From positions 1,824,001-1,888,000 of the forward strand of contig CAWJGT010000003.1 of assembly GCA_963842525.1 (NCBI GenBank): 64,000 nucleotides of DNA. Direction: 5' to 3'. The number at the start of each line of letters is the position of its first letter. Within the stretch, counting starts at the first letter, position 1. The stretch is from an uncultured Holophagales bacterium (GTDB lineage: Bacteria; Acidobacteriota; Thermoanaerobaculia; Multivoradales; UBA5704). This document shows positions 9,547 through 19,460 of the stretch, piece by piece. The translations under genes and the position numbers were made by a program. Below the pieces are notes generated by a model. The model had not been told where the DNA came from, did no database searches, and saw only the letters and a list, made by a program, of their open reading frames with translations.

Positions 9547-10377
9547 ATGAAAGGAACCGCAGTCTTTCCCGCCGTGCTCCTTCTGGCCCTGACGGCCCAC
9601 CCTTCCCAGGCGTCCGTTGTCGCCAAGCTGACGTTCAACGGTGCCGGAACCGCGGCGCCCGTCGTCGTCCCCCTCAATATAGGCAACGTGCCGCTCGGCA
9701 CGATCGTGGACATCAACCTGGAGCTCTGCTTCAAGCAGCCGGCTTCGCCGCAGGGTTCCTGCGACCAGAGCGGAACGGTGAGCCTGGAAGAGCAACTCGC
9801 CCCACCGTTTTTCTTCGTCGCAGCGTTCCGCGAAGCCCTGGCAACGGGGGCGACGACACCGGTCAGCTTCCCCGTCACCCTCGCGGCAGGGCAGCGCCTG
9901 ATCGTGCTCAGCCACTGGGTTCCCGACCGGATCGGTTCAGTCACCGACTCCCTGGTGCTGCAAGGCTCCTCGGGCGCCGACACCGATATCTTCCGTGTCG
10001 ACCTCACAGGGTCGGGCGTGCCCTCCGGGGCATGTGTGCCGAGCTCTCAGGCGCTTTGTCTCGGCAACGGCCGCTTCAAGGTGCAGTCGGATTTTCTGAG
10101 CTCGACGGACTCGGAGGCGGCGCGGGGGGGCGAACTGACCGACGACACCGGGTATCTCTATTTCTTCAGCCCATCGAACGTCGAGGCAGTGGTCAAGGTG
10201 CTCAACGCCTGCTCGTTCAACAACCGGTTCTGGGTCTTCGCCGGCGGTTTGACCGATGTGCGCACCGTGATCAGCGTCACCGACACGCAACGAAATGTCG
10301 TCAAGACCTATATCAACCCCCAAGGGACGCCATTCCGGCCAATCCAGGACACCGGCGCCTTCGCTACCTGTCCGTGA
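9547..10377 (+). CDS. Secreted protein with Ig-like region and Thermoanaerobaculia-type C-terminal domain
   Basis: Signal peptide MKGTAVFPAVLLLALTAHPSQA; C-terminal LCLGNGRFKV..DDTGYLYFF..NVEAVVKVLNAC..FWVFAGGLTDV..IQDTGAFATCP. Confidence 0.8.
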   Translation: MKGTAVFPAVLLLALTAHPSQASVVAKLTFNGAGTAAPVVVPLNIGNVPLGTIVDINLELCFKQPASPQGSCDQSGTVSLEEQLAPPFFFVAAFREALATGATTPVSFPVTLAAGQRLIVLSHWVPDRIGSVTDSLVLQGSSGADTDIFRVDLTGSGVPSGACVPSSQALCLGNGRFKVQSDFLSSTDSEAARGGELTDDTGYLYFFSPSNVEAVVKVLNACSFNNRFWVFAGGLTDVRTVISVTDTQRNVVKTYINPQGTPFRPIQDTGAFATCP

Positions 10378-10407
10378 GGCCGGCTTCCAAAACGAGCGCC
10401 GGGGGGG

Positions 10408-10434
10408 TGAGGGTCCCCGGCGGCCGTGAGCGTT
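10408..10434 (+). promoter_or_regulatory. ECF-type promoter motif A upstream of tube-initiator gene
   Basis: TGAGGG-N17-CGTT, followed by CCTGTCGGCGGAGAGG which is shared with the 13954 copy. Confidence 0.7.
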
Positions 10435-10464
10435 CCTGTCGGCGGAGAGGAGAACGAAGCCGAC

Positions 10465-11115
10465 ATGATGCTCAACCTGACCAAGGCCGCCTTGATCGAA
10501 TATGCGCTCTCCGTTCCGCCGCTCGCGCTGGTCTTCGACCTCAACCCGGAGAGCCTGACGCGCACGCGCACGGTCACCCTGCGCAACGGCGGGACGAACG
10601 CCACCCGTGGCGGCTATGACTTCAAGCTGCCCACCGAGACCCCCCGCGCTGCGCTGGGGATCGCCGTGCAGCCCGAGATTTTCAGCATCGAGGTCCTGTT
10701 CAACGCCACCGACCGCATGAACGACGGTGATCCGCAGGCTTCGGTCCTGGGCATCCAGCCCGAGCTCGACACCCTGCGCACCATGGTCGAGCCGAAGTCG
10801 CAGGGACCGGGCGGGTTCCAGATGCTCGCCAGCCTGGGCCTGGGCGGTCAGCGCGCGTTCCAGCGCCAACAGTCGGCCTCGGTGCTGCTGTTCGTCTGGG
10901 GCACCCACCTGCTGCCCGTCTTCCTGACCAGCGTGCGGGTGACCGAGAAGGCCCACCTGCCGTCGCTCGTCCCCTACCGCGCCAACGTCGCCCTGCAGAT
11001 GCAGGTCATCGAGGGGAACAACCCCTTCTACACCGTGGAGAAGGTCCGCCAGGTGGCGAGCGCGGCGGTCAACACCGGGCGCGCCGCCGGCGTCATCGTG
11101 GGAGGGCTCTTCTGA
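10465..11115 (+). CDS. CIS tube-initiator protein (Afp7 N-terminal-like)
   Basis: LVFDLNPESLTR, GIQPELDTL, LLFVWG..LPVFLTSVRVTE, PYRANV. Confidence 0.8.
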   Translation: MMLNLTKAALIEYALSVPPLALVFDLNPESLTRTRTVTLRNGGTNATRGGYDFKLPTETPRAALGIAVQPEIFSIEVLFNATDRMNDGDPQASVLGIQPELDTLRTMVEPKSQGPGGFQMLASLGLGGQRAFQRQQSASVLLFVWGTHLLPVFLTSVRVTEKAHLPSLVPYRANVALQMQVIEGNNPFYTVEKVRQVASAAVNTGRAAGVIVGGLF

Positions 11116-11405
11116 TGTTCCTCAAGGGATCGCGCTACGAAGGGAGCCGCCCGTTCGCGCCGGCGCCGGCCGGCCGCGCCACCTTCCCCGGCGTGCGTCC
11201 GCGCGAGGTCGAGACGCTGGCCGGCGTGGTCGAGCACATCGTGCGCAGCGGCGACCGGCTCGACCTGCTGGCCCGCCACTACTACAACGACGACCGCCTC
11301 TGGTGGCGGATCGTGGACGCCAACCCGGACATCCTCTTCGCCGGCGATCTGCTCGACCGGGAGATGGAAGGGCAGGTCATCCTGATCCCGCGGGGGAGGA
11401 GCTGA
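11115..11405 (+). CDS. LysM/tail-X-like small protein
   Basis: SRY, HIVRSGDRLDLLARHYYNDDRLWWRIVDANP...ILIP. Confidence 0.9.
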   Translation: MFLKGSRYEGSRPFAPAPAGRATFPGVRPREVETLAGVVEHIVRSGDRLDLLARHYYNDDRLWWRIVDANPDILFAGDLLDREMEGQVILIPRGRS

Positions 11406-11408
11406 GCC

Positions 11409-12564
11409 GTGTCCTTCGGCCTCCTCTCCGAGCAGCACCGGGAGCCGGCGAGCTGCGTCATCAAGGTCGGCGTCGCCGGGCTGGAGATCGGCGACCTCTA
11501 CCCCCATCTCACTGAAGTCCTGGTCGAGCACAGCCGGCACGGCGCCTGGACGGCGGCGCTCACCTTCCAGTCACGGCGCGACGAGCAGGGGCATTGGCTG
11601 GTGCAGGATGCGGGCGTCTTCGCTCCCTGGGAGCCGATCGTCCTTGCCGCCGCCTTCGCCAGCAGCACGGAGGAGATCCTGCGCGGCTATGTGCGCGAGG
11701 TGCAGGCGAGCTATCCGCGGGACCCCGGCGCCGCGGCGGTCGTCGTCCACTGCCAGGACGAGTCGCTCGCCCTCGACCGCGAGCATGTGCGGAAGACCTG
11801 GGGTACCGCCGAGGTACCGACGAGCGACTCCCTGATCCTCCTGGAGATCCTGGGCAAGCACAACCTGGCCCCGCACCCGCTCTCCGGCCAGGGGCTCTCG
11901 GGGCTCGTCCTCTACCAGGACGGCACGGACGCCGCCTTTCTGCGCGCGCGCGCCGAGGCCAACGGCTATGAGCTCGTCTTCAGCGAAGGGATGGTCTATT
12001 TCGGCCCCATGCGCCTGCAGGGGGAGCCGCAGCCGGCCATCCTGGTCTATGCCGGCCCCGGCACCCACTGCCTCGACCTCAAGGTGACCGTCGACGGCCA
12101 CCAGCCGGAGAAGATCTCCTATCAGGTGGCCGCCGCCGAAGGGACGTCGACCGAGGAAGCAGACGGTCGAGCCCGACCTGCCGCTGCTCGGCCTCGAGCC
12201 GGCCGCGGGCGGCGGCCCGGGCCTCAAGGACTTCGTCTGGCGGCTGCGCCGGACCGGCACGGCGAGCGACGAGGAGCTGCAGGCGCGCGCCCTCGGCAAG
12301 GCCAACGAGCTGGCCCTGCGCGTCCACGCCGACGGCGAGCTCGACGGCACCCTCTACGGCCAGGTGCTGCGCGTCGGCGAGACCGTCGCCCTCGACGGCG
12401 TGGGGGAGAGGCTCAACGGCCTCTACTACGTCGACCGCGTCACCCATCGCTTCACGTCCAGCGGCTATCACCAGGCCTTCCGGCTGCTGCGCAACGCCTA
12501 TGGAGACAACGTGCCGGGAGGGGGCGCGCTCGGCGCGATTTCGTCGGCGGTCGCTCTGCTCTGA
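11409..12564 (+). CDS. Baseplate hub (phage late-control D / VgrG N-terminal-like); frameshift near 12160
   Basis: QDGTDAAFLRARAEANGY; after the shift GELDGTLYGQVLRVGETV..GLYYVDRVTHRF. Confidence 0.85.
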
Positions 12565-12713
12565 GTCTCGCAGAGCACGAAGACGCCGTGCGTGTAGGGC
12601 GGGTCGAAGTCGTTGGTCGCCTGGGCGAGGTCGAACCAGAGGTCCCAGGCGCGGTCCAGCTCCTCCCGGGTCATGTCCTTGAGATTGAGGTCATCCTCAC
12701 TGAGCAGCTCCAT
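12498..12713 (-). CDS. Small acidic hypothetical protein, partner of adjacent nucleotidyltransferase-like gene
   Basis: MELLSEDDLNLKDMTREELDRAWDLWFDLAQATND..YTHGVF; overlaps the end of the upstream minus-strand gene. Confidence 0.6.
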   Translation of the reverse strand: MELLSEDDLNLKDMTREELDRAWDLWFDLAQATNDFDPPYTHGVFVLCETQSRATADEIAPSAPPPGTLSP

Positions 12714-13511
12714 GCTCGTCCTCCATGCCGAGAGGCCTGAGGGGATTATTGGGCAGCAAGCGCTGCGCGAGATCGCAGAGACGCCGATGCGCCTCCTGCA
12801 GGTCGAGGTCGCCGATCCGGGCGGCCTGGAATTCCCGGAGATATGCCTCGGACGCCGCCTTGTATCGATCGAGCCTTGCCCGATCCACCTGCTGAAGGCG
12901 GTCGGCCTCCCGGGCGAGCTCGACCACGACCGCCTCACGCGATCCTCCGGCCAGGACAGCCTGGACCGCAGGACGCCGCGAGCGCTGGCCGTGCAGGGGG
13001 GCCAAGGTGAGGATGCGGTCCGGGTCGGTCGTGAGCTCCATCTCCCGCTCGGGAGGAAGGAGACGGGCCAGCTCGCCGATCACCGGATAATCCTTCGCCC
13101 GCTGAGTCTGTTTCATGTGGATGAGCGGCTCGACATCCAGGACGAGCAGGTCTCGCGGGGATTCCCCGGCATCGAACAGACGAGCGACCTCTTCGGGCGA
13201 CACCCGGGGCGGACGAGAGAGAAGTCGCAGCGGATCCTCCGGCGCTGGGAGTCCGTGAGCTCGAAGTGGCTCGACCAGCCGCCGGCCAGCCAGCGGACAT
13301 CGAGAGGCGCTCCGGGACGGTACCGGGCCCCATACCGTTGAAGAACGGCGAGCACCCGGCTACAGGCCTCCGGGGTTTCCCGCACGATCCAATCGCCATC
13401 CTTGCTCATCATGGCGATCTGGTAGTACACGACCGCCTGCCCGGAGGTGAGCGCCACGACAGTCCCTTCAGCATTGAGCTCTTCCGTCAGGTCGAAGTAG
13501 ATATTGCTCAT
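12697..13511 (-). CDS. Nucleotidyltransferase-fold protein; frameshift near 13210
   Basis: SGQAV..SKDGDW (G-x..DxD) N-terminus and LIHMKQTQRAKDY C-terminal motif, split over two ORFs. Confidence 0.6.
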
Positions 13512-13544
13512 CCCGAGCCTCCCTGAAGAGCATAACGCGGTCGC

Positions 13545-13865
13545 CTCGGCCCATCAGTGTGTGCCGGTGAGGTACGTCCGGGCGGATGTGGTGGTCGCGG
13601 ACCAGACGTGTTACGGGGATGCTGCGCGCGACTGGGACCATGGTGCGCGTGGCCGGCACCACCAGGCGCGTCACGCGGACCGCGTTGCCTGTGACTTGCC
13701 CCGGCAGTGGGCGTCGGGCTTCGCCGTGCGCGCGACAGGCACCATGGTGCGCGTGACCGGCACCACCAGGCGCGTCACACGGACCTCGGTGCCTGTGGCT
13801 GGCCCCGGCAGTGGAGGCCGGGCTTCGCGGTCCGCGCGACTGGCACCACGGTGCGCATGACCGGG
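13545..13865. repeat. Degenerate tandem repeat, 104-bp period with ~21-bp subunits
   Basis: CGCGCGAC..ACCA(T/C)GGTGCGC recurs at 13625, 13729 and 13833. Confidence 0.8.
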
Positions 13866-13953
13866 AGCCCGGTCCCTCGGACTTGTCTCCTCCTATGGCC
13901 GGCAGGGGGTGAGGGCTCTGCGCGCCGCTGCACGACTTGCGAGACACCCTTGG

Positions 13954-13980
13954 TGAGGGTCTCCACCCTGCCCGAGCGTT
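13954..13980 (+). promoter_or_regulatory. ECF-type promoter motif A upstream of spike gene
   Basis: TGAGGG-N17-CGTT; a variant TGAGGG-N17-CGAC lies at 13910-13936. Confidence 0.7.
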
Positions 13981-14032
13981 CCTGTCGGCGGAGAGGCGAA
14001 CGACGCCGGTATGACCCCGAGAGGGAGGTCCT

Positions 14033-14848
14033 GTGGAAGAGCTTTTAGCGCAGTTGGCCCGCGAGGTCCAGCGGAAGTACTACGGTAAATACCGCGGCTT
14101 CGTGGTGGAAAACAAGGACCCCGAGAAGCGGGGCCGGCTGCGGCTGCTGGTGCCCTCGGTGCTGGGCACGGAGGAGACCGCCTGGGCCCTTCCCTGCCTG
14201 CCGTTCGGCGGCGCTGCCGGGCACGGCCTGTTCACCGTGCCGGAGAACGACGCCCAGGTCTGGGTCGAGTTCGAGGAGGGCGAGCTGGCGCAGCCGATCT
14301 GGACCGGCACCTTCTGGCAGAAGCAGGGCGATCCGCCGGACGAGGCCACTGCCGGCGAGGGCCCGACCGCGCGGGTCTTGAAGACCCCCGGCGGCCACAT
14401 CCTCCTGTTCGACGACGAGAAGGACAAGGAGAAGCTCCGCCTCGTCCACCCGAGCGGCTCCGAGATCGCCATCGACGAGAAGGGCATCCTCTCGCTGACC
14501 GACTCCGGCGGCTCCAAGGTGACCCTGGACGCCGACGCCGGCACGCTGACCGTCGAAGACTCGAACGGCAACACCCTGACGATGAGCTCCAGCGGCACCA
14601 CCGTCGAGGACTCCAACGGCAACAAGATCGAAATGGCAGCGGCCGGCGTCACCGTCGAGGGGAAGAAGGTGGTGGTCAAGGGCCAGACGGTCATGCTGGC
14701 CGGCGACGGCGGCGAGCCGATCATCAAGGGCCAGAGCTTCCTGGCGCTCTTCGCCACCCATGTCCATCCGACCGCCATGGGGCCCTCGGGCCCGCCGATT
14801 CCGCAGGGCGAGATGTCGACCCTGTCCACGAAAGTCCTGACCTCCTAG
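14033..14848 (+). CDS. Spike, baseplate assembly protein V (gp5 OB-fold, beta-helix, HxH tip)
   Basis: YYGKYRGFVVENKDPEKRGRL, WALPCLPFGG, VWVEFEEG..PIWTG, DSNGN repeats, THVHP. Confidence 0.93.
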   Translation: MEELLAQLAREVQRKYYGKYRGFVVENKDPEKRGRLRLLVPSVLGTEETAWALPCLPFGGAAGHGLFTVPENDAQVWVEFEEGELAQPIWTGTFWQKQGDPPDEATAGEGPTARVLKTPGGHILLFDDEKDKEKLRLVHPSGSEIAIDEKGILSLTDSGGSKVTLDADAGTLTVEDSNGNTLTMSSSGTTVEDSNGNKIEMAAAGVTVEGKKVVVKGQTVMLAGDGGEPIIKGQSFLALFATHVHPTAMGPSGPPIPQGEMSTLSTKVLTS

Positions 14849-14859
14849 AAAAGGCAACG

Positions 14860-15258
14860 ATGAAACGTCTCGCCGATCCACCCTATATGTCCTTCCCGTT
14901 CCGCATCGGGGCCGGGGGAGCGCAGCGGTCCGATCGCCGCCGCCACGTGCGTGAGCAGATCGAGCAGGTGCTCTTCACCGACCCCGGCGACCGGGTCTTC
15001 CGTCCGGAATTCGGTGCGGGCGTCCGCACCCTGATCTTCGAGCCCAACACGTCCCCGCTATGGACCCTGGCGCGCAAGCGGCTGATGGCCGCGCTGGCCG
15101 AGGTCCTCCAGGGGGAGGTCGATCCACGCAGCCTGCAGGTCGACGTCACCGGCGAAGGGGAGACGCTGTCCCTGGTGATCTCCTACCGCTTGGCGACCCT
15201 CGGCCACTCCGAAGAGCACCGCTTCGCCATCGGAGCGGGGGGAGGCCGCCTTGGCTGA
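14860..15258 (+). CDS. GPW/gp25-family baseplate protein (Afp9-like)
   Basis: FPFRIG, IEQVLFTDPGDRVFRPEFGAG. Confidence 0.92.
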   Translation: MKRLADPPYMSFPFRIGAGGAQRSDRRRHVREQIEQVLFTDPGDRVFRPEFGAGVRTLIFEPNTSPLWTLARKRLMAALAEVLQGEVDPRSLQVDVTGEGETLSLVISYRLATLGHSEEHRFAIGAGGGRLG

Positions 15259-16450
15259 TCTCCCTCTGCCGCGGCTGGAGTTCCGCGACCAGGGCACCGA
15301 CGGCGGCGTCCGCCGGGTGGATCTGCCCGGCGAGCTGCCGGCCCTCGGCGACGATTTCGACTGGCGTGTGCGCGACTACGACGGCTTCCGCGTCTTCCTG
15401 CTGGAGGAGCTGATCGCCCGCTTCCCCGAGCGGTCGCGCTGGACCGCCGCCGACGTCGAGGTCGCCCTGGTCGAGGTGCTGGCGGCGGTGCTCGACCAGC
15501 TCTCCGACATGCTCGACCGGGTCTCGTCCGAGGCCACCCTGGAGACGGCGCGGCGGCCGGAGTCGGTGCGCCGCCTGCTGCGCATGATCGGCTTCGACCC
15601 GGTCGGCTCCCCCTTCGACCGCCCCGACCCGGTGGCGGTGCCCGAGGGGACCGATCCGGTCGAGGAGAGGCGCCTGCGCGAGGAGGCCCTGGAGCTGTTC
15701 TGGCTGAGCCATCCCGAGGCCATGGAAGCGGCGCGCCGGGCCGGCCCGCGCGCCATCCGCACCCAGAGGCGCATGGTCACGGTGGAGGACTACGGCCTCC
15801 GCCTGCAGGACCACCCGCTGGTCCACCGCGCCCACTCGTGGCTGGAGTGGACCGGCTCGTGGGCCGCGGTGCGCGTGGCGGTCATGGGCTGGAACGACCG
15901 CGGCCTCGACGACGCCCTCTCCGCCGCCCGGCTGCCGGCCGATATGCGCCCCGTGGTGGACGCCTTCCACCGCCAGAGCGGTGTTCCGCTGCCCACGTGG
16001 GACGCCGCGCCGACGCTACGCCAGGTGCTGCGGCTCTACCTCGACGCCTACCGCATGGCCGGCCAGGAGGTGGTCCTCCAGGACGCGGTCGCCGTCGGCG
16101 TTGCTCTCGAGCTGGTGATCACGGTGGACGACCGCTTCTTCCGCTCGGAGGTGCAGCGCGCGGTCGAGCAGGTGCTGGGGCGCGGCCCGGGCGGCTTCTT
16201 CGCGGCCGGGCGGCTGCGCTTCGGCGAAGACCTGCACGCCAGCGACGTCTTCGAGGCTGTCATGTCGGTCGAAGGGGTGGAGGACGTCTATCTGGAGCTC
16301 TTCAAGCGGGTGGGCGGGCGCCATCCCGACCGCACGGTCGAAGGCAACATTCCGCTCCAGGGGGTCGAGGTGGCGGTCTGTGACAACGATCCCGCGCGCC
16401 CCGAGCGCGGCTATTTCCGGCTCGCGATGACCGGAGGGAGGAGAGGATGA
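15251..16450 (+). CDS. Baseplate J-like protein
   Basis: RDYDGFR, DQLSDMLDRVSSEATLETARRPESVRR, RMVTVEDY, YRMAGQEV, LRFGEDL. Confidence 0.85.
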   Translation: MADLPLPRLEFRDQGTDGGVRRVDLPGELPALGDDFDWRVRDYDGFRVFLLEELIARFPERSRWTAADVEVALVEVLAAVLDQLSDMLDRVSSEATLETARRPESVRRLLRMIGFDPVGSPFDRPDPVAVPEGTDPVEERRLREEALELFWLSHPEAMEAARRAGPRAIRTQRRMVTVEDYGLRLQDHPLVHRAHSWLEWTGSWAAVRVAVMGWNDRGLDDALSAARLPADMRPVVDAFHRQSGVPLPTWDAAPTLRQVLRLYLDAYRMAGQEVVLQDAVAVGVALELVITVDDRFFRSEVQRAVEQVLGRGPGGFFAAGRLRFGEDLHASDVFEAVMSVEGVEDVYLELFKRVGGRHPDRTVEGNIPLQGVEVAVCDNDPARPERGYFRLAMTGGRRG

Positions 16451-19400
16451 GCGCCGCCGACCGCGATCTCACCCGCTGGAACCGCTCGGGCCTCAAGCGC
16501 TTCCGCTACGTGGACGGCAATGCCGCCACGCACCTGGAGGAGCTGCGCCTCGCACTGCTCTCCCGCTTCCTGCACGAGAAGGCCGGAGGCGGTCAAGGGA
16601 TCCGGACGCGGCCGCAGCCTCGACTGGTGGCGCGAGGTCTGGGCCGATCCTCCCGATGCCGCCTCCGACCCCGACGGCCGCGAGGCGCTCGACGGCCTGC
16701 TCACCGACCTCCGCGGCCGTCTCGCCTGGACCGGCGAGGGCTCCGACCCCGGGCCGCTCTGGACGCCCGTGCCGCCGCGCCCCGAGGCCGAGGGCGAGCG
16801 CGCCGGCCGCCTGCTCGGGCAGTATGAGGGGGCGCGCCGCGACCTCGCCTGGGAGGTCGTGCGCTCCTTCTCCCGCGCCGCGCACGTCCTGACCGAGCAC
16901 CTGGACGCCTACGCCAACGAGGGGTTCCTGGGCACCGCCACGCAGTGGGAGAGCGTCCGCCGGCTGGCCGCCATGCTCGACGCCCGCCCGGCGCCGCCGG
17001 CCTCCGCCTCGACGGTGCTGCTGCTCCAGGCCAAGGAGGGGCGCCAGGGGGTGGTGGAGAAGGGCTTCCAGGTCAAGCACACGCCCGCGGACGGCGGCGC
17101 GCCCGTGATCTTCGAGACCCTGGAAAACATCCAGGTGGATGCCGCCCTCGACGAGCTGCGCCCGCTCGGGTTCGACCGCAACCCCGAGCTCCTGCAGGGC
17201 TCGCGGCTCGACCTCGCCGGCCGGATCAAGGGGTTGCGCACCGGCGAGCCGCTGATCCTGGAGGACGACCGCAACGGCCAGCTCCACGCCCATGTGATCC
17301 GCGGCGTGCTGGAGGAGGACGCGGCGACAATAGTTGACGTGGCGCCGCCGGTCGCCGGCGGCCCCGGCGGACTACCGCGCGGACACGTGATCGTCCACTC
17401 CGTGCCCCGCGATCGCCTGGCGCCGCTCGCCCCCGCCGCCACTTCCGTTCAGATCGGGCGCGCCCTCCACCTCGCCGAGGAGCCGTCCGGCCTGGCGGTG
17501 GGCGAGACCGTCTGGATCGGCGACGGCCGGCGGTCGCTCTTCCGGCGGGTGGACGCGGTCCAGGGCCGCCGCCTCACGGTCTACGAGGACATCGGCGAGC
17601 TGCGGGTCGACCTCACGGAGGTCGGGCGCCCGGTGCTCGTGCCGGTGACCAGCATCACGGGCCGCACGGTCGAGCAGACGCAGGACGGCCAGAACGTGGA
17701 CGTCCTCGCGGTCAAGGTGGCCGGCGACTGGACGCGCCTGCTCGGCGGCTGGGTGGCTGGCCGGCGCGGCGGCAGCCTGGCCCCCTGCCGGGTGTTCGGG
17801 GTGGACTACCGCCCCGTGGGCTCGGGCGTCGGACGACGCCGGCTACTCCTTCCTCCGCCTGGAGTGGCAGCACGGCGGCACGGGGAACCTGAACCCGCAG
17901 ACGCTCCTCGCGCCGCCGCCGGGCGGCGGCGTCTGGAGGGCCGACCGCTTCCTGGTCGAGGAAAGCTCCCGGGTGCCGCGCGACCTGGTCACCACCGTGC
18001 CCAAGAAGACGGCGGCCGGCGACCTGGCGGCCGTGGTAAGCGGCGGGCGGGTGGCCTGGGCCCGGCTGGGAGCGGTCGAGGTCGACACCGCCAGGGAGCA
18101 GGCAACCCTTCGCGCCGAGGCCGATTGGCGCGACCGCGGCGGGGCGCCGTACTTCTTCGCCGGGACCACTGTATACGGCCACTTCGAGCACCGCGTGCGC
18201 CTCGCCGGCTGGGACCGCAACGACCAGCCGCTCGCCGGCAGCGAGGTGCCGCTGGCGCAGGTGCCCGCGGCTCTGCGCTCCGGCCGCATCGTCTTCCTGG
18301 GGCGGCTGGACCAGCCCGGCGCCGGCCGGGTCGCCAAGGTGGGCGAGGTCAGGGACCGGTCGATCGTGCTCGACGCCGTGCTGCCGGAGGGCTCGACCTA
18401 CGGCAACCTGGTGCTGCGCGGCAACACGGTCGCGGCCGGGCACGGCGAGGCCAAGGAGGAAAGGGTCCTGGGCAGCGGCGACGCCTCGCAGTCGGGGCAG
18501 GTCTTCGTCCTGCGCGACAAGGGGGTCTCCTTCGTGGCCGACTCGAACCACCCGGCCGGCGTGCGGGCGGACATCGAGGTCCGCGTCGGCGACCGCGCCT
18601 GGCAGCAGGTGCCGACCCTCGCCGACTCCGGGCCGGCCGACCCGCACTTCGTGCTGCGCATGACCGAGGACGGCGGGCTCGAGCTGACCTTCGGCGACGG
18701 CCGCAACGGGCGCCGCCTGCCGACCGGCACCAACAACGTGCGCATCGCCTACCGGGTGGGTACGGGCCTCGCCGGCAACCTGCCGCCGGGGCGGCTGGAA
18801 AAGCCGGCCCGCCCGCATCCGCTGATCGAAGCCGTGCGGCAGCCGCTGCCGGCGACCGGGGGCAACGACATGGAGGCGATCGAGTCGTTGCGCGCCACGG
18901 CGCCGGCGAGCGTCTCAACCCTTGGCCGCGCCGTTTCGCTGGCCGATTTCGGACGGCTGGCGGCGAGCCAGAGCAGCCTCTGGCAGGCGCGCGCCTTCCC
19001 GTTGCCGGCGGGCATCGGCCGGCAGGAGAGCGTGCGGGTGGTCGTGGTGCCAGCCGGCGGCGGCCCCTTGGACGGCCTCGCCGTCTCGCTGCAGGCCTTC
19101 CTGGAGGCCCATGCCCTGCCCGGCGTGGCGGTGCGGGTGGAGCGCTACACCTCGGTGGCGATCTCGCTCCACGTCACGCTGCAGATCAAGACCGCCGAGT
19201 TCGATCCCGACCGCGTCCTCGCGGCCGTCCGCGAGCGCCTGCTCGAGGCCTTCGGCCTGCGCGGCCGGCGCATGGGGCAGGCGCTGCGCCTCGGCGAGAT
19301 CTACCACGTCGTCGAAGGGGTGAGCGGCGTCTCCAACTCGCTCTGCGTCCTCGACGGCGACCCCGCCCGCAACCATGTCGTGGCGCCGCCGGACGGCGTG

Positions 19401-19460
19401 GTCCACCTGGATGCGGAGCAGTCCTCCCTGATCGTTGTCTACAAGGAGTTCGAGCTGTGA
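16447..19460 (+). CDS. Large baseplate assembly protein (Afp11-like); frameshifts near 16580 and 17830
   Basis: YANEGFLGTATQWESVRRL, IFETLE, GNTVAAGHGE..LGSGD, FGDGRNGRRLPTGTNNV, GRAVSLADF. Confidence 0.85.

Noticed and set aside
13545-13865. CRISPR array
   Set aside because: Contiguous degenerate repeats with no unique spacers, and no cas genes in the window.
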